Source of the DNA: Hypanus sabinus
Taxonomy: Eukaryota
Length of the DNA: 64,000 nt
NCBI RefSeq assembly: GCF_030144855.1
Contig: NC_082709.1
Coordinates: forward strand, 48,608,001 to 48,672,000
Direction of reading: 5' to 3'
The notes beneath the pieces were generated by a model that was not told where the DNA came from, ran no database searches, and saw only the letters and a program-made list of their open reading frames with translations. Shown here one piece after another: positions 10,925-22,304 of the stretch (position 1 is its first letter; the number at the start of each line of letters is the position of its first letter). The translations under genes were made by a program, and so were the position numbers.

Positions 10925-11930
10925 CAGTTTGTATTTAATCTCAGTGGTGTAATTCTTTTCAGAACTGCATGTGCTCACAAACAGTGCTGACTCCTGCTGA
11001 CATTGATGAAAATATATCCTTTGAAGTTTTATCTGATTGTTGTATAAATTTTTTATGTCTGTTATTCCTCTTCCTTGATCTGTCCTCAGTAGTGCTAATC
11101 TAAGTGTGGTCCAGTGTACGGTACATAGTATTTTCTAAAATTCGTCATTTCAGTTCTTATTTTTCCTTGCAAATGTTACAGATCAATTTTAGATCAAATT
11201 ATTATGCCAAAAGAATACACTAATATGGGAATAGTGGAAGTGTTTATCGCCTTAGTTATATTTTTACTATTGAGCTCTATTTGGCAGATTTTATTAAGCA
11301 ACAAATTAAATTTTGTCAAAAAGTTTCCCTCTATTACACTATGATCTATTTTCTTTGCTTATTGATATCCTAAATACTTATGTTTCACATTTACCATCTG
11401 TTATATTGCAACCTGCTGCTCTGTTTTATAATCTACCAACTCTATTTCACCTTCCTTTATGTTTAATGTTCTGTCATTATATATTCCAAACCTTGCTTAC
11501 ATCTTTTGAAAATAGTTCTACTATTTGAATTAATTGCTTTAGCTTTTCTGATAATGGAGCCTATGATTTCAAATCATCCATGAATAACTGTGTTACAGTG
11601 CAAGTCGTTTGGTTGCTTCTGATTTGATACCCTATTTTCATTGAATTCAGTAAATTACAAAAGGGGTTTAAAGCTGGACAAAACCAGAGCTGGCTTAGAG
11701 AGATGTCCTGGAAAATGCTTCCTTTTATTGTGATAACAATGATTCCTTTTGGTTGTTGATAGATAGGATGCTTCTAGTACACCAATGCTTCATCAGATGT
11801 AGGCATTTCAAATGTAAGTGTTTACTTTACAGTATACATATATTAAGAACTTCTATTATACATGACTGTGGGACAGAATCAAATGCTTTTTCATGGTTAA
11901 TATAATAACATGAAAGATGTCAGCTTCTAC
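10925..11930 (-). mobile_element. R4/Dong-like RT fragment
   Basis: Paralogous to 309-1900 (MDDLK and KAFDSVPQS remnants). Confidence 0.7.
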
Positions 11931-12142
11931 AACATTCTGGGATAGACAATTCCAGAGAATCGCCATCTTCTCCAAGACAGGCATTTCAGTCATATTACAT
12001 TCTTTAGGTTCTGAGTTGACTGAAGATTCAATAATTCATGTTTATTTCTTTTCTGTTAACTTTTAGTAGAAGATTCTACAGCTTCAGATCACTCCACATC
12101 AACTTCCATCCTTCACATTATGGACCCTCACAGAATCATAGG

Positions 12143-14500
12143 TATTGACTGGGACTCCCACACTGTGAAAGGGCTAGATGGCTTGGAGTTTGTCAAATGT
12201 GTTCAGAAAGGTTTTCTAAATCAATATATAAAGGTACCTACGAGAGAGGAAGAAATACTTGATGTCCTATTAGGGAACTAGACAGGTCAGGAGACAGAAG
12301 TATGTGTAGGTGAACAGTTTGGGTCCAGTGTCCATAATGTCATTAGTTTCAAGTTAATTATGGATAAGGATAGGTCTGTTCCTCGAGTTGAGGTCCTAAA
12401 TAGGAGAAGGGTCAATTTTGCGGAAATGAGAAAGAATTTAGGAAGAGTGGATTGGGATAAGTTGTTTTCTGGCAGGGATGTGCTCAGTAAGTGGGAAGCC
12501 TTCAAAGGCAAAATTTTGAGAGTGCAGAGTTTGCATGTTCCTGCCAGGATTAAAGGCAAAGTTAACAAGCATAGGGAACATTGGTTTTCAAGGGATATTG
12601 GCGATCTGGTTAAGAGAAAGAAAGAGGTGTTTAGCCGGTATAGGCAACAAGGAACAAATGAGGTACTTGAAGAGTATAGAAAATGTAAGAAAATACTAAA
12701 GCAGGAAATCAGGAAGGCAAAAAGAAGACATGAGGTTGCTTTGGCAGGTAATATGAAGGTAAACCCAAAGGGTTTCCACAAGTATATTAAGAGTAAAAGG
12801 ATAGTAAGGGACAAAATTGGTCTCCTAGAAGAGTGGTCATCTATGTGTGGAGCCTCAGGAGATGGGGGAGATCTTAAACAGTTTTTTTGCATCAGTATGT
12901 ACTCAGGAAACTAGCATAGCATATATGGAAGGAAGGGAAACAAGCAGTAGTATCATGGAACATATAGAGATTAAAGAGGAGGAGGTGCTTGCTGCCTTAC
13001 AGAGTATCAATGTAGATAAATCCTCCATGCCTGACATGATATTTCCTTGGACCGTGAGAGAAACTAGTGTAAAGTTGCAGGGGGCCTGGCAGAAATATTT
13101 AAAATGTCCTTAGCCACGGGTACAGTGCCTCAGGATTGGAGGGTAGCTCATGTTGTTCCGTTGTTTAAAAAATGTAAACCAGGTAATTACAGGCCAGTGA
13201 GCCTGACATCAATAGTAGGTAAATTATTGGAAGGTGTTCTGAGGGATTGGATATACAAGTATTTGGACAGCCAAGGGCTGATTAAGGATAGCCAGCATGG
13301 CTTTGTGCGTGGTAGATCGTGTTTAATGAATTTTGTAGAGTTTTTCAAGGAGGTTACCAAGAAAGTAGATGAAGGAGTTCAGAAGGTTGAGACACTAGGT
13401 GTCCATGGAGTGGTTGAAACTGGATTTGAAATTGGCTGTGTGGGAGAAGACAGAGAGTGGTAGTGAATGATTGCTTCTTAGACTTGAGGCCTGTGACTAG
13501 CTGTGAGCCTCAGGGATCTGTGCTGGGACCATTGTTGTTTGTTGTCTATATCAATGATCTAGATGATAATGTGGTAAATTGGATCAGCAAGTTTGCTGAT
13601 GACACTAAGATTAGAGGCTTAGTGGACAGTGAGGAAGGCTTTCAAAGTTTGCAGAGGGATTTGGACCAATTGTAAAAATGGGCCAGAAAATGGCAGATGG
13701 AAGTTAATGCAGACAAGTGTGAGGTGTTGCATTTTGGAAGGACAAATCAAGATAGGACATACACAGTAAATGGTAGGGCACTGAGGATTGCAGAGGAACA
13801 AAGGGATCTGGGAGTTCAGATACATAATTCCCTGAAAGTGGTGTCACAGGTAAACAGTGTTGTAAAGGAGGCTTTTAGCATCCTGGCATTCATAAATCAA
13901 ATTATTGAGTATAGTAGTTGGGATGTTATGGTGAGGTTGTATAAGGTTGCTGAGGCCAAATTTGGAGTATTGTGTGCAGTTCTGGTCACATAACTATAGG
14001 AAGGATATCAGTAAGTTTGAAAGAGTGCAGAGAAGATTTACTAGGATGTTGCCAGGCCTTCAGGAGTTGAGTTACAGGGGAAGATTGAACAGGTTAGGAC
14101 TTTATTCCTTGGAGCATAAAAGAATGGGGGGATTTGCTGGAGGTTTAGAAAATTATGAGGGGTATAGACAGAGTAAATGAGAGTAGGTTCTTTCCATTTA
14201 GATTAGGAGAGATAAATACGAGAGGACATGGCTTTAGAGTGAAAGTGGAAAGGTTTAAGAGGAACTGGGGGAGCTTGTTCATTCAGAGAGTGGTGGGAGT
14301 GTGGAACGAGCTGCCATCTGACATGGTAAATGTGGGCTCACTCTTAAGTTTTAAGAATAAATTGGTTAGATACATGGATAGGAGAGGTCTGGAGGGTTAT
14401 GGACTGGGTGCAGGTCAATGGGACTGGCGGAATAAAATTTCGGCACAGACTAGAAGGGCCAAATGGCCTGTTTTCTGTGCTGTAGTGTTCTATGGTTCTA
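12143..14500 (+). mobile_element. CR1 LINE ORF2, 5'-truncated and frameshifted
   Basis: PQDWRVAHVVPLFKK..NYRPVSLTS, QHGFVRGRSCL, PQGSVLGP, KFADDTK, LEYCVQFWS motifs; (TTCTATGG)-like tail. Paralogous empty site near 58460-58495. Confidence 0.92.
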
Positions 14501-14593
14501 TATATTCAAATTCTCCAGCAGATTTCTGTCCATGTCTTCTTGTTGTTTATACTGGTCTCAACTTAGCCAGAATTTATCATGATTTGTAAAAGT

Positions 14594-15711
14594 AAAAATT
14601 AACTCTTGTAAAAAGCTTTGTAAATCTTCTTGTCAAGATGGTGCCAGAGAACAATGATTCCTCAAGCAACACCTTCCAAGCAGCCTATCTCTTCAATTAT
14701 TTCACCTTCCAGACATCATCTGCTTGTTCTTTTTTGTCTTATTTGTTCCATAGAAACTGCTGGAGCCTATGACATACAGTTTGGAATTCAATCGAGCAAT
14801 CTAGCTCTTCGGTGCATCTGGAGAGAATTGAGAGCATGAGCTGCCTTGTCGAGAAAACGAGAGATGGAGTCCTGAAGAGGACCGAAAGCATAAGCGGCCT
14901 CGTGGAAAAGAACAAAGTGTGATCACAAACAGCTCCATTTCGAAGCATCGAGGAAAATTAAGACATGGAGGCAAATGCAAAAGAGGTCAGTGGTTGCTCT
15001 CAATGGAGGCCACAGGGCAACAGTAGTTGGACCTAGCATTGCAATTGTTCTTCATGGGAGGAATGAGTTCATTCGGCTGCTTCCTCAATTACCTAAGGGA
15101 GGATGTTTTTGATATTCTGAGATTTATGCCATTATTGGGCTGTACTTTATGTTGGTCACCTTCAGTTTTCAGTGATTTCTTTCTTGTTGCCGATTGTAGG
15201 GTGGACAATATGTTATTATTTCTGAGAGGAAGCAGTTGGGGATTTGGGGACTAATGTTCATATTTGTGTTCTTCTGTGTGGATGATTTATTAGATTTTTT
15301 ATGTGTGAGAAAGGGGGTTGAGGGTTTTAATGATATTGTCTCCAACTTTTTTGTGAGGGAGTGGGTTGGCGATTTGAAGTTATTATCACTGCTTTTTTTT
15401 CTGTGAGGGAGGGAGTTAGGGGTTTGATGTCATTGTCACTGTTTTATTGCAAATGAGGGACATTGGGCGTTTGGGGTTTTTAATGGTCCAACTGCCATTT
15501 TCCATGTGGGCGATCTGTTAGTATTTTGTGTAAGGGAGGGTTGGGAAGTTTTGTTTCTTTTTCTTTTTCATGCTGGGTGGGGGAGTTCACCTCTTTTTCT
15601 TCAACAAGACCTCTGATTTTTCTGTATTTCATGGCTATCTGGAGAAGGCGAATACCAGAGTTGGGTTGTGCATGCATACTTGAACTATGCAATGACCCTT
15701 TGAATCTTTGA
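14594..15711 (+). mobile_element. Unclassified ~1.1-kb non-autonomous retroelement (paralogs ~39000-40172, ~47595-48670, ~58552-59590; 3' remnant ~32105-32205)
   Basis: CAAGATGG(C/T)GCC near the 5' end, GT-rich body, tandem (AACCTTTG)-like tail, flanked by AAAGT. Absent at the paralogous site 25108-25112. Confidence 0.6.
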
Positions 15712-16091
15712 AAAGTGCTGCATTCTGTGCTGTTTGACTCCATGTCTCTATTTGTGTTGTTCATACTTTGCTGAAGACATTCCACAAAACCATCAGAATC
15801 ATGAAAATCATAAAGATACATATTTTTACTCATTAAATTCACTGGAAATAAATTCAGAAATGGAGAATAATGCCTCTCAATAGACATAATAATACAAGAG
15901 GCAAAGAACAACTTCCTGTTCAGTTTATATTTTTCAGCCTCCTATAAATCATCATAATGTTGTCTGTTAACTGGAACCAACCACGGTAAAACAATTTAAT
16001 GTGGTCCCTAGATTATGATTTCTGTTCTATTGTGTTTCCAGTGGAATCAGAGTAAATGAATCAGGTAAGCTGATAGTGTCATCAAAGGTAT

Positions 16092-16097
16092 TTTATT
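16092..16097 (-). terminator. Poly(A) signal, copy 2
   Basis: AATAAA at the paralogous position. Confidence 0.8.
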
Positions 16098-16151
16098 ACC
16101 TCCATAAATATTTCAACAAGATAAAATTAGATATTCAAGGAAGAGCTACTT

Positions 16152-17835
16152 TTAGAAGTCCCTCATGCGCCTGAAGGATCCGATCATTGAGTTGTAGCCA
16201 CCCTAGTCACTGTATCTCCTGTATTCCCCGGGTCTCAGGAAGTACTGTCGGCCTCTGTAGTTGGGATGTTCATAGAAGATCCAGTAACCATCCATCACCT
16301 GACAGGAGTGGATGTCACAGTAACGGAAACGATCGTAGAGAGAGGGACAGTCGTCCATGAATTCCATCATCTGTCCTCCAAAGTCGGGCCTCTCGTAAAT
16401 CCTCATCCTGTAGTTTCCACCTCAGTACTGGAATAGGAAGTACAAAGATATAGTAGTGACGTTTTGTAGAGTATTCACTCATTATAGACTACATCTGAAC
16501 AGCCAATTCACTAACTTCAATGGGAAATAAAGTCAGGTGCAATTTGATCATTTTATTCACTATCTGCCTCAATGATGCCTCCAACCAGCATGTAGCTGGT
16601 TCAAACATAAGTTAAAGAAAAACACAGGAAAAATTCATTTAGAATATAGAACGTTGGACATAAGAGCACAGGAATAGGACCTTTGGCCCACAGTGTTCTG
16701 TCCAACCAATTACATTAGTAAATTTGAATTGAGTGAGCTGTTTGATTTAAATGGCCAACTAAACGGATTGCTTCAGCTTAAACAATGTCCATATCCTACC
16801 ACTTCCCTCACATTCGTGTGCCTACCTAAATATCTTTTAGAATTCCCTAATGTATCTGCTTCTAACATCACCCCGAGCAGTGCATTCCCAGCCCCCACAA
16901 CTCTCTGTGGGTAAAAAAAACTTGCTCCACAATCTCATTTGAATTTATACTCTTTCGCCTTCTATGCACGTCCTGTGATAGGAGATATTTTAACATGGGA
17001 AAAAGTTACTGTCTGTCTACTCTATCTATGCACCTCATAAACCTCTGTCAGATCTCCCTTCAACCTCTGCCGCTCCAGGGAAAACAAATCAAGTTTGCCC
17101 GACCTCTCATTATAGCACAAACCCTCTAAGCCAGGCAACGTCCTGATAAGCCTCTTCCACACTCTCTCCAAAGTTTTGACATCATTCCTGTAATCGTGTG
17201 ACCAAAATTGAATGCAAAACTCTAGATGATTAGAAAAGACATGATGTTGTTGGTCAAGGTTCCAGCAATCTCATCTCTTGCCTCTCTCAATAACCTGGTG
17301 TATATCCCATCAGACCCTGGGGACTTATTCACTTTAATGCTCTTTATGCGACACACAACTGCTTCCTTCATCTTTAAATACGCATATTAATACACTCGGA
17401 CATATTTAATACCTATTAGGCACTTGCTAGGCAAATTCTCCACTTTCAGAGCCAATCTGCAGAAGATCAAATACCCTGAAAAAAAATAGAAACATACGTA
17501 TGGGAAGCTGCGACAGGACTTGACACAGTCATTGAATCCCATCCAGCGCTGGTAGTCAGGATACTCTCCCCTTCTCAGGACATACTGGTATCCCATGTAG
17601 TTGGGTCTCTCGTACAGCACCCACCAATCACTCTCAACACGGATGGAGTTACAGCGGCTGAAGTAAGGGGAGAGGTCAGCACAGTCGGAGCTGCACTCAT
17701 AGTGCCAACCCTGGAAGTTCCTGTCCTCGTAGAAGATGATCTGTGGGAAGAAACATATCTGTGTTAACAGTTGCTCAGGTATTCATGGAGAATTCTCCTT
17801 TAGTTCATGAACTGAGCAGTCCTTGCCTTTCCCAT
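16152..17835 (-). pseudogene. cryg: Gamma-crystallin copy 2, probable pseudogene; exons 17835-17827, 17740-17498, 16427-16152
   Basis: Exon sizes and splice sites match the paralogs. Codon 2 of exon 3 is TGA (16424-16422; CGA in the others) and the Trp of SDWGG is TAG (16205-16203). Also R14W (CGG>TGG) in exon 2 and R>C in exon 3. Confidence 0.9.
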
Positions 17836-17889
17836 TTGAACACAGTGAGTCTGGTAACCAGCTGAGTGTTTCACTGCTGAACACGTTGG

Positions 17890-17897
17890 TATTTATA
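17890..17897 (-). promoter_or_regulatory. TATA box, copy 2
   Basis: TATAAATA at the paralogous position. Confidence 0.8.
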
Positions 17898-18747
17898 TGC
17901 AGGTAGAAAGGTCTCACCAGGCAGTTTCTTGTTGTTCTGGTGACACAACATTAAACATCAGCAAAACACAACAAAATCTTTTTTTTTGTTGTTGTTGTAG
18001 AAACACAACAGAAAGACACTTGTTGCACCATGGATTCTTTCAGTTGTGCTTTCTTATCATTTTAATTGTTGTTTAAACCAAACAGTTCAGGAACATTCAC
18101 AGCTACATATCACCCAGGTCCATTCACCTTGGTCAAAGTAGCATTTTGGTTCCCTTTCCCCACCAAGCCTTTCCCTGCCTTCCCCAACCAGTAGCCCTGG
18201 ATGAACCAGGTGATCCACCATCTGCTGAGGGCCAGATCAGAGGCGTTAGGGATCTACAGGTCCCTGTACGATCTTCGGAATGCCATCTCATGAACAAAGT
18301 GGCAATTCTGGAGTAAACATTAATCACTGAAGGCTCTCAATCTGACAGGTCTTGAACACTGTCATTTCCAACAAAGTGAAATCAAGCCACAGAGGTGACA
18401 ACACTTCACTTCCAGGTGAGCTCATTGTCTTCTGTGTTCGCTTTGACAGCCCAAAACTTAGAGGAACCATCACAAACTCCCACAGCTCCCGATGATCCTG
18501 TGATATTAGTTTCTGAGGCCGAAATGAGAGCATCCGCCAGGAGGGTGAACCCATGGAAATCATTAGCCCCCGATGGAATTCCTGGCTGAGTATCTGAGAC
18601 ATGTGTGGATCAACTGGCTGGGGAATTCACTGAGATCTTTAACCTCTCGTTTCAGCAGTTCAAGCTACCAACCTGCATTAAGCAGGCTTCAGTTATACTG
18701 ATGCCGAAGAAGAACATGCTAACCTACCTCAGTGACTATCACCCAGT

Positions 18748-19460
18748 CACACTTAATCAGATTTACAGGAAGATATTGTTTCCTGCTTGGCATGGCTGCG
18801 TGCCACACCTCCACATTGGCCTTAGGTCAGCTGCAGGGTCCTCAGCCGTGGACCACCACCTGTTGATGTTTCAATTCCTTAACCCTGGTAATCCCCTGGT
18901 GGCAGAGCAGTGACAGGGATGTCTCTTTGCCACCCTCTGCAGCTTCCAATGGGGTTAGTCAGTTCCCCCCATTTCTGTTCTTCCTCTTCAGCCACAGCCA
19001 AAAGTTGCCCTCTTCTGCCTCTTCCGTCAACTCTCTGGTGGCCTTCCTGAGCCTTGCTCCAGTCACTGCCGTATCACAGGTTAACCTTCTCATCGATGCA
19101 CTGACAAAGCCCAGCATCCTAGTTCCACAGGGTCAATGATGGTTCACCAGCCAGCTTCCTTACACAGAGCTGCCAGATCTGAGTACTTCAGCCTCTTATG
19201 TGCTTAGCAGCCTCCACTCCTTCCTCCCATGAGATGGTTAACTCAGTGAGGAAGACTGGCTTGGCGGCCATGGATCACAGTCGAATGTCTGGGCAAAGGG
19301 ATGTGGTGGTGATTTCCATGGGGAATCAAAGCAGTCTGTTGAGATCTACCCTCGTGTTCCACTCTGTGCCTGTGGAGAGGAGTCCTGAAGAATATCATGG
19401 GCAGATGCATTCAGCGTTGTTAACAGCTTTAACAAATAGGATGAGTTTTCGTCCCTCTGT
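18748..19460 (-). mobile_element. HERO-like (restriction-like endonuclease) non-LTR retrotransposon 3' fragment
   Basis: Minus-strand remnants PDI..ELTISWEEGVEAA..LKYSDLA..PVELGC..AEEGNFWLWLKRK; the same block sits at the same Rex1 position at ~62962-63605. Confidence 0.7.
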
Positions 19461-19617
19461 GTCAACCACAATAATGAAGTGTTTAGAGAGATTGATAATT
19501 AAGCTCAGCAAGGACCTGGACACACTGCAATTTGCCACTTGCCACAATAGGTCTACAGCAGACACAATCTTAATGGCTCTTCACACAGCCTTAGACGTCC
19601 TGCACAATACAAATACC

Positions 19618-20640
19618 TATAAGACCTAAGACATAAGAGCAGAATTAGGCCATTCAGCCCATTGAGTCTGCACTGCCATTCCATTTTTGCTGATCCCATC
19701 TCCCACTCAACCCCTTACACCTGCCTTCTTGCCATATCCTTGGATGCCCTGATCGATCAGGAAACGATCAACCTCTGCTTTAAAAAAGACATCCTCTCCA
19801 CATTCACCCTATCTAGTCCTTTCAACATTTGGTAGGTTTCAATGAAATCTGCATGCATTCTTCTAAATTCCAGTGAGTACATGCCCAAAGTTGCCAAGAG
19901 TTCCTCATATGTTAACCCCTTCATTCCCACAATAATTTTTGTGAACTTTGCATTTGCCTTCTTTAGGACAGAATGAACCTGTAAATTAACCTAGTGGGAG
20001 GCTTGCACAAGGAATCCAAAGTCCCTCTGTACCTCTGTTGTTTGAACCTTCTCCTCATTTACATAACAGTCTGCACTATTGTTCCTTTTACTAAAATGCA
20101 TTATCATATATTCCCCGACACCGTATTCCATCCACCACATTTTTGCCCATTCTTCCAATTTGTCTAAGTCCTGCTGCATTGGCAATGCTTCCTCAGCACT
20201 ATCTATCCCTCCATCTACCTTCGTATCATCCACAAACTTTACCACAAAGCCATCAATTCTATTAACTAAATCATTGACAAACAATGTGAAAAGCAGCAAT
20301 CCCAATACCAATCCCTGAGGAACACCAGTAGTCACTGGCAGCCAACCAGAAAAGGCCCCTTTTATTCCCATTTGCTTTCTACTGCCTGTCAGCCATTCCA
20401 CTATCATGTATGTCACTTTATCAAATGCCTTCTTCGCTGCTACTTGCAGGCCTATATATGAATCACTTAATGTTTTTTTTAACCCTTACAATTTCTTAAC
20501 TCCACCCACAAAGATTTAATATTCTCTAACCTTATGTCACCTCTTTCCAATTCCATCTCTTGCCAACAGAGCCACACCACCGCCTATAGCATTCCTGCCT
20601 GTCTTTTCAATGTAAAGTATATCCTTTGATGTTTAGCTCA
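19618..20640 (-). mobile_element. CR1 LINE fragments
   Basis: GVPQGLVLG..LFTLFVNDL..KFVDDTK..QQDLDKLEEWAKMW (ORF 19991-20416); tail at ~19618-19640. Confidence 0.85.
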
Positions 20641-21987
20641 TTGCACTGCTGCTGCTAAGTAAACAAATTTCATGACACATCGGTGATAACAAGCCTGATT
20701 CTGATTCTGATTTAACTCCTGCCCGAGAAGTGATATATATCTGCTCCATTTTGCCAACTGGCACAAGAGGTCTACAGCAGGTTCCATTTCAATGGCTCTT
20801 CACTCAATTCTGGAACATCTGGACACAAAGATGCATACATCAGAGTGCTTTTTATTGACTACAGCTCAGCATTCAATGCCATCAGCCACTCAAAACTGAG
20901 CAGTAAGCTTCAATACTTTGGTCTCAATACCTCTTTGTGTAATTGGATCCTCAATTTCCTCACTTGCAGATCCCAGTCAGTGTGGATTGGCAACAAACTC
21001 TCTTCCCTAATCTCCATCAGCTAGATGCACCACAGGACTGTGTGCCCATCCCCCTGCTCTACTCGCTTTACCCTGATATTATGTGGCTAAGCATAGCTCC
21101 AATGCCATATTGAAATTTGCTGATGATGCCACTTTGATAGTCCGAATCAAAGGTGGTGATGAATCAGCATATAGGCAGGGGATTGAAAATCTGGCTGAGT
21201 GGTTCCACAACAACAACCTCTCACTCAGTGTCAGCAAGAGCAAGAAGCTGATTACTGACTTCAGGGGGAGGAAACCAGAGGTCCATGAGCCAGTCCTTAT
21301 TGGGGTTTCAGAAGTGGAGAGGCTCAGCAACTTTAAATTCCTTTGTGTTATCATTTTAGAAGACCTGCAGGTAGCAGAGATTATTGAAGGCAAATCATGT
21401 TTGGCCCATCAGGCTGAATAGAGGCGGCTGATCAATGTCATGCAATAATGAAGAAAGCAGAGCATTGTCTCTACTTACTTCAGAGGTTTGAGAAGATTCA
21501 GCATGACATCTAAAACTTTGCCAAACTTCTTTCGATGTGTTGTGGAGAGCATATTGACTGGCTGCATCATTGCCAGGTATTGAAAAACAAAATACCTTTG
21601 AATGGAAAATACTCCAAAAAGTAAAGAACACAGTCCAGTCCATTACAGGTAAAGTCCGCTCCCCCCCCCCCCCCCCACCATTCAGCACATCTACATGGAG
21701 CACTGTTGCAGCAAAGCAACATCCGTCATCAGGAACCCCCAACATCGAGGACATACTCTCTTCTCACTGTTGCCATCAGGAAAAAGGTGTAAAAGCCTCA
21801 AGGCTTATACCACCAGGTTACCCCTCAAGCATCAGGCCCTTGAACCAGAGGGTATAACTTCACTTACCTTTACTAGCTCCACCACCAAACTGTTCCTGCC
21901 ACCTATGGACTCAAATTCAAGGACTTTTCATCTCATATTCTCTATATTTATTGCTTATTAATTATTATGTTTTATCTCAGTTCAACA

Positions 21988-22303
21988 CAAGGTAGAAGAT
22001 GAGTTATTAACTTCAAGCTTTCTGTATAATCACTCAAAGAGTTGAACTGCATGTGCACGTAATGAGAGCGGTATAACTCATCTCCTTCTAACTGAGGCCA
22101 CAAAGTTATCATTCACTCCTGCTCTGGACCACTTCTAGAGGTCCAAGATGATGACTTCTACAAAGAAGGGACCTGTATGCTCCATGACCGCTGGACTAAG
22201 TGTGTAAATGTAGGAGGGGACTATGTTGAAAAATAAATGTGCTAGGTTTTCTAAAATTGACTCCGTCTACCTTAGGTCATGAACTTATCAATCACCCCTC
22301 GTA
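21988..22303 (+). mobile_element. Internally deleted mariner DNA transposon remnant
   Basis: Transposase C-terminus FYKEG...DRWTKCVNVGGDYVEK* (22156-22236); right TIR ...cttatcaatcacccctcg followed by TA (22302-22303); partial left TIR. Confidence 0.8.
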
Positions 22304-22304
22304 C

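Larger units (their letters stand above)
18185..21965 (+). mobile_element. Rex1/Babar-like LINE remnant with nested HERO-like and CR1 insertions
   Basis: DQLAGEFTEIFNLS..PTCIKQASVI..PKK, LKFADDATL, ERLSNFKFLCV; a (CTGATT)n tail fragment near 20695-20711. Confidence 0.8.
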
